In this document: in pieces, positions 24,280-36,658 of the stretch
Layout of the letters: the number at the start of each line of letters is the position of its first letter
Numbering within the stretch: position 1 is the stretch's first letter
NCBI GenBank assembly: GCA_030390025.1
Contig: CM059432.1
Coordinates: 3,720,001-3,784,000 of the forward strand
Reading direction: 5' to 3'
Source: Squalus acanthias
Taxonomy: Eukaryota
DNA: 64,000 nucleotides
Made by a program: the position numbers and the translations under genes
The notes under the pieces: model-generated
What the model saw: the letters and a program-made list of their open reading frames with translations, nothing else
The model's database searches: none
What the model was told of the DNA's origin: nothing

Positions 24280-25908
24280 AACAACAACAATCTGCATTTA
24301 TACAACACCCTTAACGTAGTAAAACCTCCCAAGGTGCTTCACAGGAGCGATTATCAGACAAAATTTGACACCGAGCCACATAAGGAGATATTAGGACAGA
24401 GGTCATAGAGGTAGGTTTTAAGGAGCATCTTAATGGAGGTGAGAGAGGTAGAGAGGCGGAGAGGTTTAGGGAGGGAATTCCAGAGCTTGGGGCCCAGGCA
24501 GCTGAAGGCACGACTGCCAATGGTGAAGCGATTATAATCGGGGATGTGCAAGAGGCCAGAATTGGAAGATCACAGATACATCATAGGGTTGTTGGGCTGG
24601 AGGAGATTGCAGAGATAGGGAGGGCCAAGGCCATGGAGGGATTTGAAAACAAGGATGAGAATTTTAAAATCGAGGTGTTGGTGGACCAGGTAAGTGAGCA
24701 CAGAGGTGGTGGCTGAGCATCCACAGCCCTCTGGGGTAGAAAATTCCAACGATTCACAACCGTCTGAGTGAAGAAATTTCTCCTCATCTCAGTCCCAAAT
24801 GGCCGACTCCTTATCCTGACACTATGACCTCTAGTTCTAGACTCTCCAGCCAAGGGAAACTTCCTCCCAGCATCTACCCTGTCAAGCCCTCTAAGACGTT
24901 TCAATGAGATCACCTCTCATTCTTCTAAACTCCAGAGAATATAGACCCATTCTACTCAATCTCTCCTCATAGGACAGCCCTCTCATCCCAGGGATCAATC
25001 TAGTGAACCTTCGTTGCAACGCCTCTAAGGCAAGTATATCCTTCCTTCGGCAAGGAGACCAAACTGTGCACAGTACTCCAGGTGTGGTCTCACCAAAGCT
25101 CTATAAAATTGTAGCAAGATTTCCTTACTCCAACCTCCTTGCAATAAAGGCCAACATACCATTTGCCTTCCTAATTGCTTGCTGTACCTGCATGTTAATT
25201 TTCTGTGATTCATGTACGAGGACCCCCAAATCCCTCTGAATCCCAACATTTACTAGTCTCTCAGCTTTTAAAAAATATTCTGCTTTTCAATTCTTCCTAC
25301 CAAAGTGGATAATTTCACACTTCCCCACAATGATGAAAGGCCCACCAACCACCTTCTCAGGGCAACTAGGGATGGGCAATAAATGCCAGCCTTGCTCGTG
25401 TCGATGACATCCGATGTACAAATAAAACAAATTGAAAAATGATCACTTTGGTAAAGTATCAGAATGCTTCAACTCTGGCTCAGTGGGTCGTGGGTTCAAG
25501 TCCCACTCCAGAGACTTGAACACAAAATCCAGGCTGACCCTCGCATGCAGTGCTGAGGGAGCGCCGCACTGTCGGAGGTGCCGTCTTTCGGATGAGACGT
25601 TAAACCGAGGCCCTGTCTGCCCTCTCAGGTGGTCGTAAAGGAACCCATGGCACTATTTTGAAGAAGAGCAGGGGAGTTCTCCCCGGTGTCCTGGCCAATA
25701 TTCATCCCTCAACCAGCACCTGAAAAATAAAATTAGTTGGCAATTATCACGTTGCTGTTTGTGGGACCTTGCTGTTTGTAAATTGGCTGCCGCGTTTCCT
25801 ACATTACAACAGTGACTACACTTCAAAAAGTACTTCATTGATTGTAAAGCGCTTTATGACATCCTGAGGTCATGAAAGGTGCTATAGAAAAGCAAGTCTT
25901 TCTTTCTT
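24280..25908. mobile_element. L2 (24280-24700 -), CR1 (24712-25330 -) and Deu-SINE (25478-25908 +) fragments
   Basis: Family motifs as above (ALVRPHLEYCAQF in CR1). Confidence 0.8.
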
Positions 25909-25927
25909 TTACTGGTGTAGAGCAGGG

Positions 25928-26750
25928 CCTTGGAAACATGGACCACTTTCCATACCTCGGGAGCCTACTGTCAACAAGGGCAGATGTCGATGACGAAGTC
26001 CAACACCGTCTTCAGTGTGCCAGTGCAGCCTTCGGTCGTCTGAGGAAGAGAGCGTTTGAAGACCAGGATCTCAAACCCGGCACCAAGCTCATGGTCTACA
26101 GAGCAGTAGTGATACCCGCCCTCCTGTATGCTTCAGAGACATGGACCATGTACAGCAGGCACCTCAAAGCACTGGAGAGGTACCACCAATGCTGCCTCTA
26201 CAAGATCCTGCAAATCCATTGGCAGGATAGGCGCACCAACGCCAGTGTTCTCGCTCAGGCCAACATCCCCAGCATCGAAGCTCTGACCACGCTCGATCAG
26301 CTCCGATGGACGGGCCACATTGTCCGCATGCCCGATACGAGACTCCCAAAACAAGCGCTCTACTCGGAGCTCCGACATGACAGGAGAGCCCCAGGTGGGC
26401 AGAGGATGCGCTTCAAGGACACCCTCAAAGCCTCCTTGAAAAAGTGCAACATCCCCACTGACACCTGGGAATCCCTGGCCCAAGACCGCACAAAGTGGAG
26501 GAGAAGCATCCGGGAAGGCGCCGAACACCTCGAGTCTCTTCGCCGGGAGCAAACAGAAGCCAAGCGCAAACAGCGCAAGGAGCGCACGTCAACCCAAGCA
26601 CCCCACCCACCCGCCCCTTCAACCACCGTCTGCCCCACCTGCGACAGAGACTGTAGGTCCCACATTGGACTCATCAGTCACCTGAGAACTCATTTTTAGT
26701 GCGGAAGCAAGTCATCTTCGGTTCCGAGGGACTGCCTAAGAAGAAGAAAA
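25928..26750 (+). mobile_element. RTE LINE, 5'-truncated
   Basis: FPYLGS, VYRAVVIPALLYASETW, QLRWTGHIVRM..RLPK, zinc finger and (AAG)n tail. Confidence 0.92.
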
Positions 26751-26952
26751 AGTTGTAGAGATGTGGAATGCACCATAGTCTGGATCAGCGTCTGAAGGGA
26801 AGAACACTGGGGGGAAAAAAGCATTTGTAATAGTGTATAATAAACTTTCAGAGTAAAATGATCAGAATACAATAACCATGTAGAATAAATTTTACAGGTA
26901 AATGATCAGAATATTTGTGTACATTCAAATTGGGAATTAAATACAGTTCCTG

Positions 26953-28433
26953 CCCTGGAGTTTCCGCTTGATTGCTCTGTTTCTTTTAAGTGCAAGTTTC
27001 CCGATATCAGCGTAACCGACGCAAAAGATCATGGAATTTTAAGCGCAAATTGCGTCCAGCACCACTCGAGCTTCCGCCATCTTTTGCGGCGGTTTTAAAA
27101 ACATCGTGCTGGAAGCCGGCCCCGCCCACAAAGCTGGCCACGCCCCCAGCGTGAATTAATCACCACGGCGAGTTTCCGCTAATTGCGATCGTTTGCGGGC
27201 CTTCGAGGAGACTCCAAAAATTAAGCTGGTACTTTTTTAAATTCGTTCCTGGGATGTGGGCATCGCTGGCAAGGCCAGCATTTATTGCCCATCACTAATT
27301 GCCCTTGAGAAGGTGGTGGTGAGCTGCCTTCTTGAACCGCTGCAGTCCGTGTGGTGAAGGTGCTCCCACAGTGCTGTTAGGGAGGGAGTTCCAGGATTTT
27401 GACCCAGTGACAATGAAGGATTGGCGATATACTTCCAAGTCAGGATGGTGTGTGACTTGGAGGGGAACTTGGATGTGATGGTGTTCCCTTGCGCCTGCTG
27501 CCTTTCTTCTAGGTGGAAGAAGTCGCGGGTTTGGGAGGTGCTGCTGAAGAAGCCTTGGTGAGTTGCTGCAGTGCAGCTTGTAGATGGTACACACTGCAGC
27601 CACAGTACGCCAGTGGTGGAGGGAGTGAATGTTTAAGGTGATGGATGGGGTGTCAATCAAGTGGGCTGCTTTGTCTTGGATGAGCTTCTTGAGTGTTGAT
27701 GGAGCTGCACTCATCCAGGCAAATGGAGAGTATTCCATCACACTCCTGACTTGTGCCTTGTAGATGGTGGAAAGGCTTTGGGGAGTCAGGAGGTGAGACA
27801 CTCGCCGCAGAATACCCAGCCTCTGACCTGCTCTTGTTGCCACAGTATTTATGTGGCTGGTCCAGTAAGTTTCTGGCCAATGGTGATCCCCAGGATGTTG
27901 ATGGTGGGGGATTCGGTGATGGTAATGCTGTTGAATGTCAAGGGGCGGTGTTTAGACTCTCCCTTGTTGGGTGCAAGGACACTGATAGATACGTTTTGAA
28001 AAGTTTTGAATTAATTTTTTTTAAGGAATTGACTACTGCACCCCAATCTAATGAGAAAATAGTTTTGTATACTTTTTAAAAGTGATTTTTAGTCATTTAA
28101 AATCGAGTTACTCACAGGTGGTGGATTGCCACTGTGCTTATTTAAAGTGCTTATTTTTGGTGATAAACCCATTTTCAGCTGCGTTAAGCAAACTGCACCA
28201 GGCTACCACTCTTAAACACATCAAAGAACATTTTTTAAAGCCAGTTTTTAAAAACAAATTACGTTGGAAAACGTTGCGCTGGTTCATGGCAGAATTTGCG
28301 CTTGGCGGTGTGAGAATGGGGTTGAGCAGATACTCGGGGTTAGAGAAAAAAAAACACTTTTCAAAACGGGCACAATTTTGGGAGCGATTTGCGGTGGAAC
28401 CGCCGATTGCGCCCAGAGCAGAAACTCTACCCC
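26953..28433. mobile_element. Non-autonomous DNA transposon (Harbinger-type MITE) interrupted by a LINE
   Basis: Imperfect termini GCCCTGGAGTTTCCGCT / AGCAGAAACTCTACCCC; CpG-rich ends and AT-rich core. Confidence 0.5.
27236..27970 (-). mobile_element. CR1-group LINE family B 3' fragment
   Basis: ORF 27295-27843 RAGQRLGILRRVSHLLTPQSLSTIYKAQVRSVMEY. Confidence 0.85.
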
Positions 28434-28446
28434 TTGTGTTTATATT

Positions 28447-28902
28447 TTGACCACGCTCGATGAGCTCCGATGGACGGGTCACATCATCCGCATGCCCGAT
28501 ACGAGACTCCCAAAACAAGCGCTCTACTCGGAGCTCCGACACGGCAAGAGAGCCCCAGGTGGGCAGAGGAAGCGCTTCAAGGACACCCTCAAAGCCTCCT
28601 TGGAAAAAGTGCAACATCTCCACCGACACCTGGGAATCCCTGGCCCAAGACCACACAAAGTGGAGGAGAAGCATCCGGGAAGGCGCCGAACACCTCGAGT
28701 CTCTTCGCTGGGAGCAAGCGGAAGCCAAGCGCAAGGAGCGCACGTCAACCCAAGCACCCCACCCACCCGCCCCTTCAACCACCGTCTGCCCCACCTGTGA
28801 CAGAGACTGCAGGTCCCGCATTGGACTCATCAGACACCTGCAAACTCATTTTTAATGTGGAAGCAAGTCATCCTCGGTTCTGAGGGACTGCCTAAGAAGA
28901 AG
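28447..28902 (+). mobile_element. RTE LINE 3' fragment
   Basis: Near-identical to 26285-26750. Confidence 0.9.
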
Positions 28903-29397
28903 ATTTTGTTGCGGTGTTGAAGAGCGGCGGATAGTTGGATGGAAGACAAGCGTCAGAGACTTTTAACAAATTACTGCTGCACTATTGAATAACGCTGACT
29001 CTCTTGATGCTTCATTCTCCCTAATAATGATTTTACCCTGAAGAAATACATTGTAATTTCTTTGCTCTGCAAATTGAACCACTAATTACGAAATAACATT
29101 TCTTATTGAAACATGTTACCATTATCTTAATACAGTAATTATCCCATGTTAGGTTTGTTATTGACACATCTTCATGTTCAAACTCGAGAATGTGTTAACC
29201 ACCAGCTAATGTGCACTTTCCCATCCATTAGAGCTTGACTTTAGCCTACTGAAGAAAATGATTTTATGTATAAACAACAGTCAAGGATCTGATATGCTTG
29301 TGAAATATGTACAGTGAATTCCCTGTTCCAGGCAGTGAAATCCAAACTGATACCACTTCAGTTCAAAATACAAAGTACTGTGGTACTTTAGTTTAAA

Positions 29398-29965
29398 TAT
29401 TCTGCGACGAGTGTCTCAGCTCCTGAGTCCACAAAGCCTTTCCACCATCTACAAGGCACAAGTCAGGAGTGTGATGGAATACTCTCCACTTGCCTGGATG
29501 AGTGCAGCTCTAACAACACTCAAGAAGCTCGACACCTTCCAGGACAAAACAGCCCGCTTGATTGGCACCCCATCCACCACCTTAAACATTCACTCCCTCC
29601 ACCGTGGCTGCAGAGTGTACCATCTACAAGATGCACTGCAGCAACTCGCCAAGGCTTCTTCGGCAGCACCTCCCAAACCCGCGACCTCTTCCACCTAGAA
29701 GGACAAGGGCAGCAGGCGCATGGGAACACCACCACCTCCAGGTTCCCCTCCAAGTCACACACCATCCTGACTTAGAAGTGTATCGCTGATCCTTCATCGT
29801 CGCTGGGTCAAAATCCTGGAACTCCCTCCCTAACAGCACTGTGGGAGCATCTTCACCACACGGACTGCAGCGGTTCAAGAAGGCAGCTCACCACCACCTT
29901 CTCAAGGGCAAGTAGGGATGGGCAATAAATGCTGGCCTTGCCAGCGATGCCCACATCCCATAAGA
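29398..29965 (+). mobile_element. CR1-group LINE family B 3' fragment
   Basis: Matches 4065-4655. Confidence 0.85.
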
Positions 29966-30786
29966 AAATAATTTTAAAAAAGATACTTGAAGAAAACATT
30001 TTTCGATACCTGAAGGCACACCTGGCAGAAGATCCTGGAGTACAGCTTCTACCAGTTTGCCCTGGTTTTGCAGCACAATTCACCCAAAATCGGCCAAACC
30101 AGCGTAAAGGATCACGGAACTTCAAGCGCAAGTTACATCCAGCGCAAGTTGACTTTCCGTGATGTTTGACCCCAATTTAAAGAAATGTCGACCTGGAATT
30201 TGCGGTCAGCAACGAAGCGAAGGCGTTCCCCGTCGGCCCCGAAGTACGCTGCGCACAAGGACCTCGCGATTCTTGTGTCGAGGACTTCGGGTTTTCCAAC
30301 CTTCGGTTCAAATCAGCGGACTGTAGTGGGGGATCCCCATGCGCGAGCTGCTGCTGTGACGTCAACAGGCTCTCTAAGCAGCCAATCAAAAGGCAGAATT
30401 CTCACAGACAGCGAACAAGGAAGTGGGAAAGCTCTTAAAATTCTAATTTTTTTAAATAGTTAGAGAGAGCAAAAGAAAAGATTGGGGCTCTCACATGGGG
30501 AAAAGGGGGCACAGATTTAAGGTTTTGGGCAAGAGATACAGGGGGGGATGTGAGGAAATTTTTTTAAACAGTGAGTGGTGAGGACCTGGAACTCGCTGCC
30601 GACGGAAGTGGTGGAAGTGGAGACACTCAATGTTTTCAAGGGGAGACTGGATCGGCACTTGGGGGAGGTAAACTTGCAGGGCTCAGGGGATAGAGCGGGG
30701 GAATGGAACTGACTGCATTGCTCTACAGAGAACCGGCTCGGATTCAATGGGCCGAATGGCCTCATTCTGTGCCGTTATGACTCTTT

Positions 30787-31470
30787 GAGGTCAAAATTGG
30801 GTAGCGCCCCCTTTGGGGCCGATTTTAGCGCCCCGAAAAAGTTAGCGCCCCTGCAGCCAATTTTCCCAGGTAGTGCCCCGAGAGGGAGGAAGGGTGCTAC
30901 TGGAAGCACCCCACATCCCGCTTGGGGCGCTGCGAGCCAATATTGCGGCACGTCGCGCCATGGTACTGCAGGCCTTCCTCCCCTTATTAAAGGGGAGGGG
31001 CCACGCGGAGCGCGTTCCGGCGCCCAGCTGGGCCACCAGGGATCGGGAGTGCCGGCAAATGAGCGTGGCACTCAAGAAGAGTGCCGGGCTCACGGAGAGC
31101 AGCCGGCACTCCGCGGGGGGGCGGGCTTCACGGGGGCCGGGGACAGCAACGGGGGCAGGTGCTGGCAGACGGCCAGCAACAAAAATGGCCGCCCACCACC
31201 TCCCCTTTAACTACCGCCGCCCTGGCCGCAGGAAGGCCCCCCTGACCCCGGTGGACATGGCGTCCGATGGTAAGTCGGGTGGCGCTACCCAATATTACAG
31301 CCGGGGTGCAAGTGGGGCACTGCCCACGGCAATGACGTAATCGCTGGTGGCGCAGGGTCCCGCGGTGCTAACGGTTAGCGCCGCCGCTAACCTCCCGCTG
31401 AATTTCGCGGGAGGCGTTAGCGGCGCTGCGCCCAGGCGCTAGTTGATTTGCGCCCTGTTAGCGCCCTCCT
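30787..31470. mobile_element. GC-rich Harbinger-type non-autonomous element; right TIR not found
   Basis: Begins GAGGTCAAAATT (compare GGGGTAGAAATT); many TAGCGCC/GGCGCTA motifs at both ends. Confidence 0.55.
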
Positions 31471-31709
31471 TGTAACTACTGCATTCCAGAACAATGAAGA
31501 ATTTAACAGCGGTATTACTGCGGAAGAGCTGAAGCTTTCGTCTGATTCGGCTGATTACACAGATTTCCGGCTCTGTGGTGGTGGGTGGGGGCCACAGCGC
31601 AGCCTGTGTCGGAGCCATCATTGACAGACCGCAACTTCAGGATTTCCGCACGCGCCTGCGTCAAATCCCGAAGGTGCGGTCAGTTTCCAAGGCGGAATGA
31701 TGGCGGACG

Positions 31710-33200
31710 ATGTGGTGAAGGTACTACCACAGTGCTGTTAGGGAGGGAGTCCCAGGATTTTGGCCCAGCGACGATGAAGGAACGGCCGATATATTTCCAA
31801 GTCAGGATGGTGTGTGACTTGGAGGGGAACTTGGAGGTGGTGGTGTTCCCATGCGCCTGCTGCCCTTGTCCTTCTAGGTGGAAGAGGTCGCGGGTTTGGA
31901 AGGTGCTGCCGAAGAAGCCTTGGCGAGTTGCTGCAGTGCGTCTTGTAGATGGTACACACTGCAGCCACGGTGCGCCGGTGGTGGAGGGAGTGAATGTTTA
32001 AGGTGGTGGATGGGGTGCCGATCAAGCATGAACCGTAACTCATTTTCGGAAAACCAGCAACATTTTGAGCACAATTTGTGATCAGATTTCCGATCGCGTC
32101 CAAAGCAGAAAACCTACCCTCCTACCTTTGCTCAGTGAGCTGCTTCTCAAACCCATTCTTAGAGGGATTGACGGGGTAGATGCTGAGAGGTTGTTTCCCG
32201 TGGCTGGAGAGTCTAGAACTTCGGGTCATAGTCTCAGGATAAGGGGTCGGCCATTTAAGACTGAGATGAGGAGGAATCTCTTCACTCAGAGGGTTGTGAA
32301 TCTTTGGATTTCTCTGCCCCAGAGGGCTGTGGATGCTGAGTCGTTGAGTATATTCAAGGCTGAGATAGATAGATTTTTGGACTCTAGGGGAATCGAGGGA
32401 TATGGAGACAGGGCGGGAAAGTGGAGTTGAGGTCGAAAATCTGCCATGATCTTATTTTTATGGTGGAGCAGGCTCGAGGGGCCGAATGGCCGACTCCTGC
32501 TCCTAATTCTTATGATCTTATGTTCAGCAGATACCAAACCGTTGAGTTATCTGACTGTTATCTGTTACAGTTCTTGGACTGTAAAATCATAGAACAGCAG
32601 CCTCAGACTACACGATACCAGCGTTATCATCTAATGATTACATTATTGCCTACTCTCGCCCCACTCTATCTCTGTTACACTGGAATTGCTCAGAGAAAAT
32701 TATGCTTCGGGGGGGAAGCTAATGTTGAGTTCGAATAGCCTATAAAATAAAATTTCATTAAAAGAAAAGCTAGTCCTCTTTAAAATGAAAACACAACATG
32801 CTGGAAACACTGTTCTGTGAGCTCTCTAGGCTGACACTGCAGTGCAGTGCTGAGGGAGTGCTGCACTGTCGGAGGTGCCGTCTTTTGGATGAAACGTTAA
32901 ACCGAGGCCCCGTCTGCTCTCTCAGGTGGATGTAAAAAGATCCCACAGCCTCTATTTTGAAGAAGAGCAGGGGAGTTATCCCCGGTGTCCTGGCCAATAT
33001 TTATCCTCAATCAACATCACTAAAACAGATTATCTGGTCATTATCACATTGCTGTTTGTGGGAGCTTGCTGTGCACAAATTGGCTGCTGCGTTTCCCACA
33101 TTACAACAGTGACCACACTTCAAAAAGTACTTCATTGGCTGTAAAGCGCTTTGAGATATCCAGTGGTCATAAAAGGCGCTACAGGAATGTTAGTCTTTCT
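31710..33200. mobile_element. LINE family B (31710-32026 -), CR1 (32155-32522 +) and Deu-SINE (32825-33200 +)
   Basis: Family motifs as above. Confidence 0.8.
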
Positions 33201-33228
33201 TTTTCTTTCTTTCTCTGATTTTTTCAAT

Positions 33229-35194
33229 GGCAGTAGAAATATCGGCGAGGCTATCAGCGCTCACTATTGACACAAAACTTGGAAGTATAGTGAACAGTGA
33301 GGAGGATAGTGATAGACTTCAGGAACACATAGACAGGCTGGTGGAATGGGCGGACACGTGGCAGATAAAATTTAACGCAGAAAAGTGTGAAGTGGTACAT
33401 TTTGGTAGAAAGAATGAAGAAAGGCAATATAAACTAAAATGTACAACCCTAAAGGGGGTGTGTGAACAGAGAGACCTGGGGGTATATGTGCACAAATCAT
33501 TGAAGGTGGCAGGGCAGGTTGAGAAAGCGGTTAAAAAAGCTTACGGGATCCTGGGCTTCATAAATAGAAGCATAGAGTATAAAAGCAAGGAAGTTATGAT
33601 GAACCTTTATAAAACACTGGTTCGGCCTCAGTTGGAGTATTGTGTCCAATTCTGGACACTGCACTTTAGGAAGGATGTGAAGGCCTTAGAGAGGGTGCAG
33701 AAAAGATTTACAAGAATGATTCCAGGGATGAGGGACTTCAGTTACGTGGATAGACCAGAGAAGCTGGGGTTGTTCTCCTTGGAGCAGAGAAGGTTGAGAG
33801 GAGATTTGATCGAGGTGCTCAAAATCATGAGGGGTCTGGACAGAGTAGATAGAGAGAAACTGTTCCCATTGGCGGAAAGGTCAAGAACCAGAGGACACAG
33901 GTTTGAGGTGATTGGCAGAAGAACCAAAGGCGACATGAGGAAAGACTTTTTTACTCAGCGAGTGGTTAGGATTTGGAATACACTGCCGGAAAGGGTGGTG
34001 GAGGCAGACTCAATCGTGGCTTTCAAAAGGGAATTGGATAAGTACCTGAAGGAAAAACATTTGCAGGGCTACGGGGAAAGGGCGGGGGAGTGGGAGTAGC
34101 TGAAGTGCTCTTGCAGAGAGCCGGCACGGGCTCGACGGGTCGAATGGCCTCCTTCTGTGCTGTAACCATTCTATGATTCTATGATTCTACCGTTATTATG
34201 GAATAAATCGGACTGCAACTTCTGGAGTCCGTACATGCGCAGTTAAACACGGAAATCAGGAAGTTGCTGTCCCAGTTGCCCTGCTCCTCCACAAGCTTCA
34301 CTACACTGATAAGTCGCTGAAAGACTCGGCATTGAAACACATGAAGGGTGTGAGTTTGTGGTACTTACCCACGAGATATTCACTAAACACACTAGAAAAT
34401 GTTCCAGCTTGTCCATTCAAGTGTAAGTGAAATTTTAACGCCCTGCTAAGTCTTAATTGCTGCCAAACAACCTCTCTGGCACTGAAAATTAATTTTTACA
34501 AGTGTGGAGTCTCATTCCTTTAGAATTTAATTATTGTTGGAGATTTTAAAAAAATTAAAAATTAAAATAATTTATTTTTACTTTTTCTATCTGTTTCTTT
34601 TCTCTCTCCCTCTTAATCCCATATTTCTTTCCCTCTCTTTCTTTTGTTTTCTGTACATGATTTTGCATTCAATTAAATCTAATTTATACTTCCTCGTTCA
34701 GACTCGGGGGGTGATTTTACCCCTACTCGCTCAGCAGAAACCATGCGGGTGGGCAGTTAATGTCACCCTGACTTACCTGTCCGAAAACTGCCATGATCGC
34801 AACATCTGCGATTTTAACCTGCTCTCCTGAGCAGGTGGCAAGGACAGGCGCCCAGAGCCAACGGGGTCCTTCTTTACATATACATGCGGCGGCCCGATGA
34901 CATCATTGAGACCCGACTGTAATTTTAACTCAGGCCTGAGAGGGGAATCCACCTGGAGTTAAAATCAGGACCACAAGGCTCAGTGAGGATTCTTCAAGCT
35001 GATTGGTTGAAGAGCCACCCTGTTGCTTGACCTGCTCACACACGCCACAGATACCCTGTAGAGGGCGCCGCGCTGGATCAGACGCCTGATGACAGCAAGT
35101 TGCCGCTCAAAAGCCCGCGTAAAGTCCGTGGGCAGCTGTAAGCGTGACGAACGGCGAGCGCCTTTCCTTCGCCGCTGACCGCAATATACGGGCC
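33229..35194. mobile_element. Putative MITE containing a CR1 insertion and a smaller MITE-like piece (about 34706-34972)
   Basis: GGC...GCC ends flanked by AAT on both sides; subterminal CGGCGA...GCGCTC inverted similarity. Confidence 0.45.
33269..34188 (+). mobile_element. CR1 LINE 3' 0.9 kb with open ORF2 C-terminus
   Basis: DTKLG, W...WQIKFNAEKC, RDLGV, YKTLVRPQLEYCVQFW; ATTCTATG tail repeats. Confidence 0.93.
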
Positions 35195-35350
35195 AATTGC
35201 GTATTTTTTTTGCACTGTTGCCCCAGTTACACTGTTACGTTTAACAATCTTCTTTACTGCAACAATGCTAAAGCTACCCAATTCAACAACTAACTTGGCC
35301 TTGGCATCACGGTAACTTTGCTGTAGGACTGCAGGTGGTACAGAGACAAT

Positions 35351-36119
35351 GGGCCGGATATTCCGATCCCTACGGGTGGCTACGCGCTGTGCACACACAT
35401 GTAGGGACATCGCAAATGCCGGTTTCAGGCAAGCACAGTGCATGCGCTAAAAACCGGCATTTCTGATCTGTGAAGAATGCTCTTGACAGATCGGACGCCT
35501 GCCCGGGAGAAGGGCCTCTGCGGGCGGATAGTTCCGCTTTCTGGAGAACCTCCGCCCGCAGAAAACCCTTAGAATTCTTACGCATGGTAAAAGCAAGCGC
35601 AAGGCGCAAGGCCTGCTTTTACCAGGATAAGAGTTGAAAAAAAGTAAAAAAAAATAAAACATTTTTTCGCTCCTTTATCATTTAAAAATACTTTAAAAAA
35701 GGTAAGTTTATTTTTAGCCCCGTAAAAAACTTTAATTATTTTTTTCAAAAAATTAAATTTTTGTTTAAAATATTTAATTTATTGTAATTTCAACTAATTT
35801 TAAAAATGTGATTTAAAAAAAATGTATTTAAAGTTTTACAGTGTTTTTTCATTGATCTCCATTCATATATTTGACAGGTCTGTCTGTCAAGTGTATGAAG
35901 GGAGATTCCCTTCTCCTATTGGCTCCCCATGGCCCACGTGATCCCAGGGATGCTGCAAACCACCTGCGCCCCTGGGATACCTGGGCCCTGCACACTTGGA
36001 GTCGGAGAGGCCCAGGAGCGGAAGTGTCCGGACCTCGGGAGCCCTCAGGTAAGGGCGTAGATTTTTTCCAGATTGGAGGCCTCCGCACGCGGGAAGCCTC
36101 CGATCGGAAAATACGGCCC
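35351..36119. mobile_element. Harbinger-type MITE, about 770 bp
   Basis: TIR GGGCCGGATATTCCGATC / GATCGGAAAATACGGCCC (16/18); flanks AAT/ATT; AT-rich core. Confidence 0.8.
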
Positions 36120-36658
36120 ATTATTTCACACTTTAAGGCTTAAAGAGACTTTATAGGAAAATAGGAATTACTGGATGACAAAACAGCCAATGAAGTACTT
36201 TTTGAAGTGTAGTCACTGTTGTAATGTAGGAAATGCGGCAGCCAAATTGCGCACAGCAAGCTCCCACAAACAACAATGTGATAATGACCAGATAATCTGT
36301 TATAGTGATGTTGATTGAGGGATAAATATTGGCCCCAGGACACCGGGGAGAACTCCCCTGGGAAAGCTCTGGGCAACGCGATGGCTTACCATCCCGCTGA
36401 GACCAGGCAAAGTATTCTGCAGAGCGTAGCAGGTTAAAGTTGAATAATATAAATTGTAGCGGAGTTTTGCCTGATTACCTTTGGGAGTCAGAGAGCAATT
36501 TCATACGGCTATATCTGCCTGTGGTTATTGAAACTTTCCCAGGAGATACCTAAAATGGGCAGTGCTCCCGACAGTTGACATTGTACATGGACTGATGATG
36601 GGCAAATTATATTTTGTCATCCTGTTCTTTCTCATGTTCTTATATAATCCCAGTTGGC

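Noticed and set aside
25872..26699. Novel 275-aa gene (similarly the 290-aa ORF at 33227)
   Set aside because: The start codon comes from adjacent repeat sequence fused by chance to a truncated LINE ORF2.
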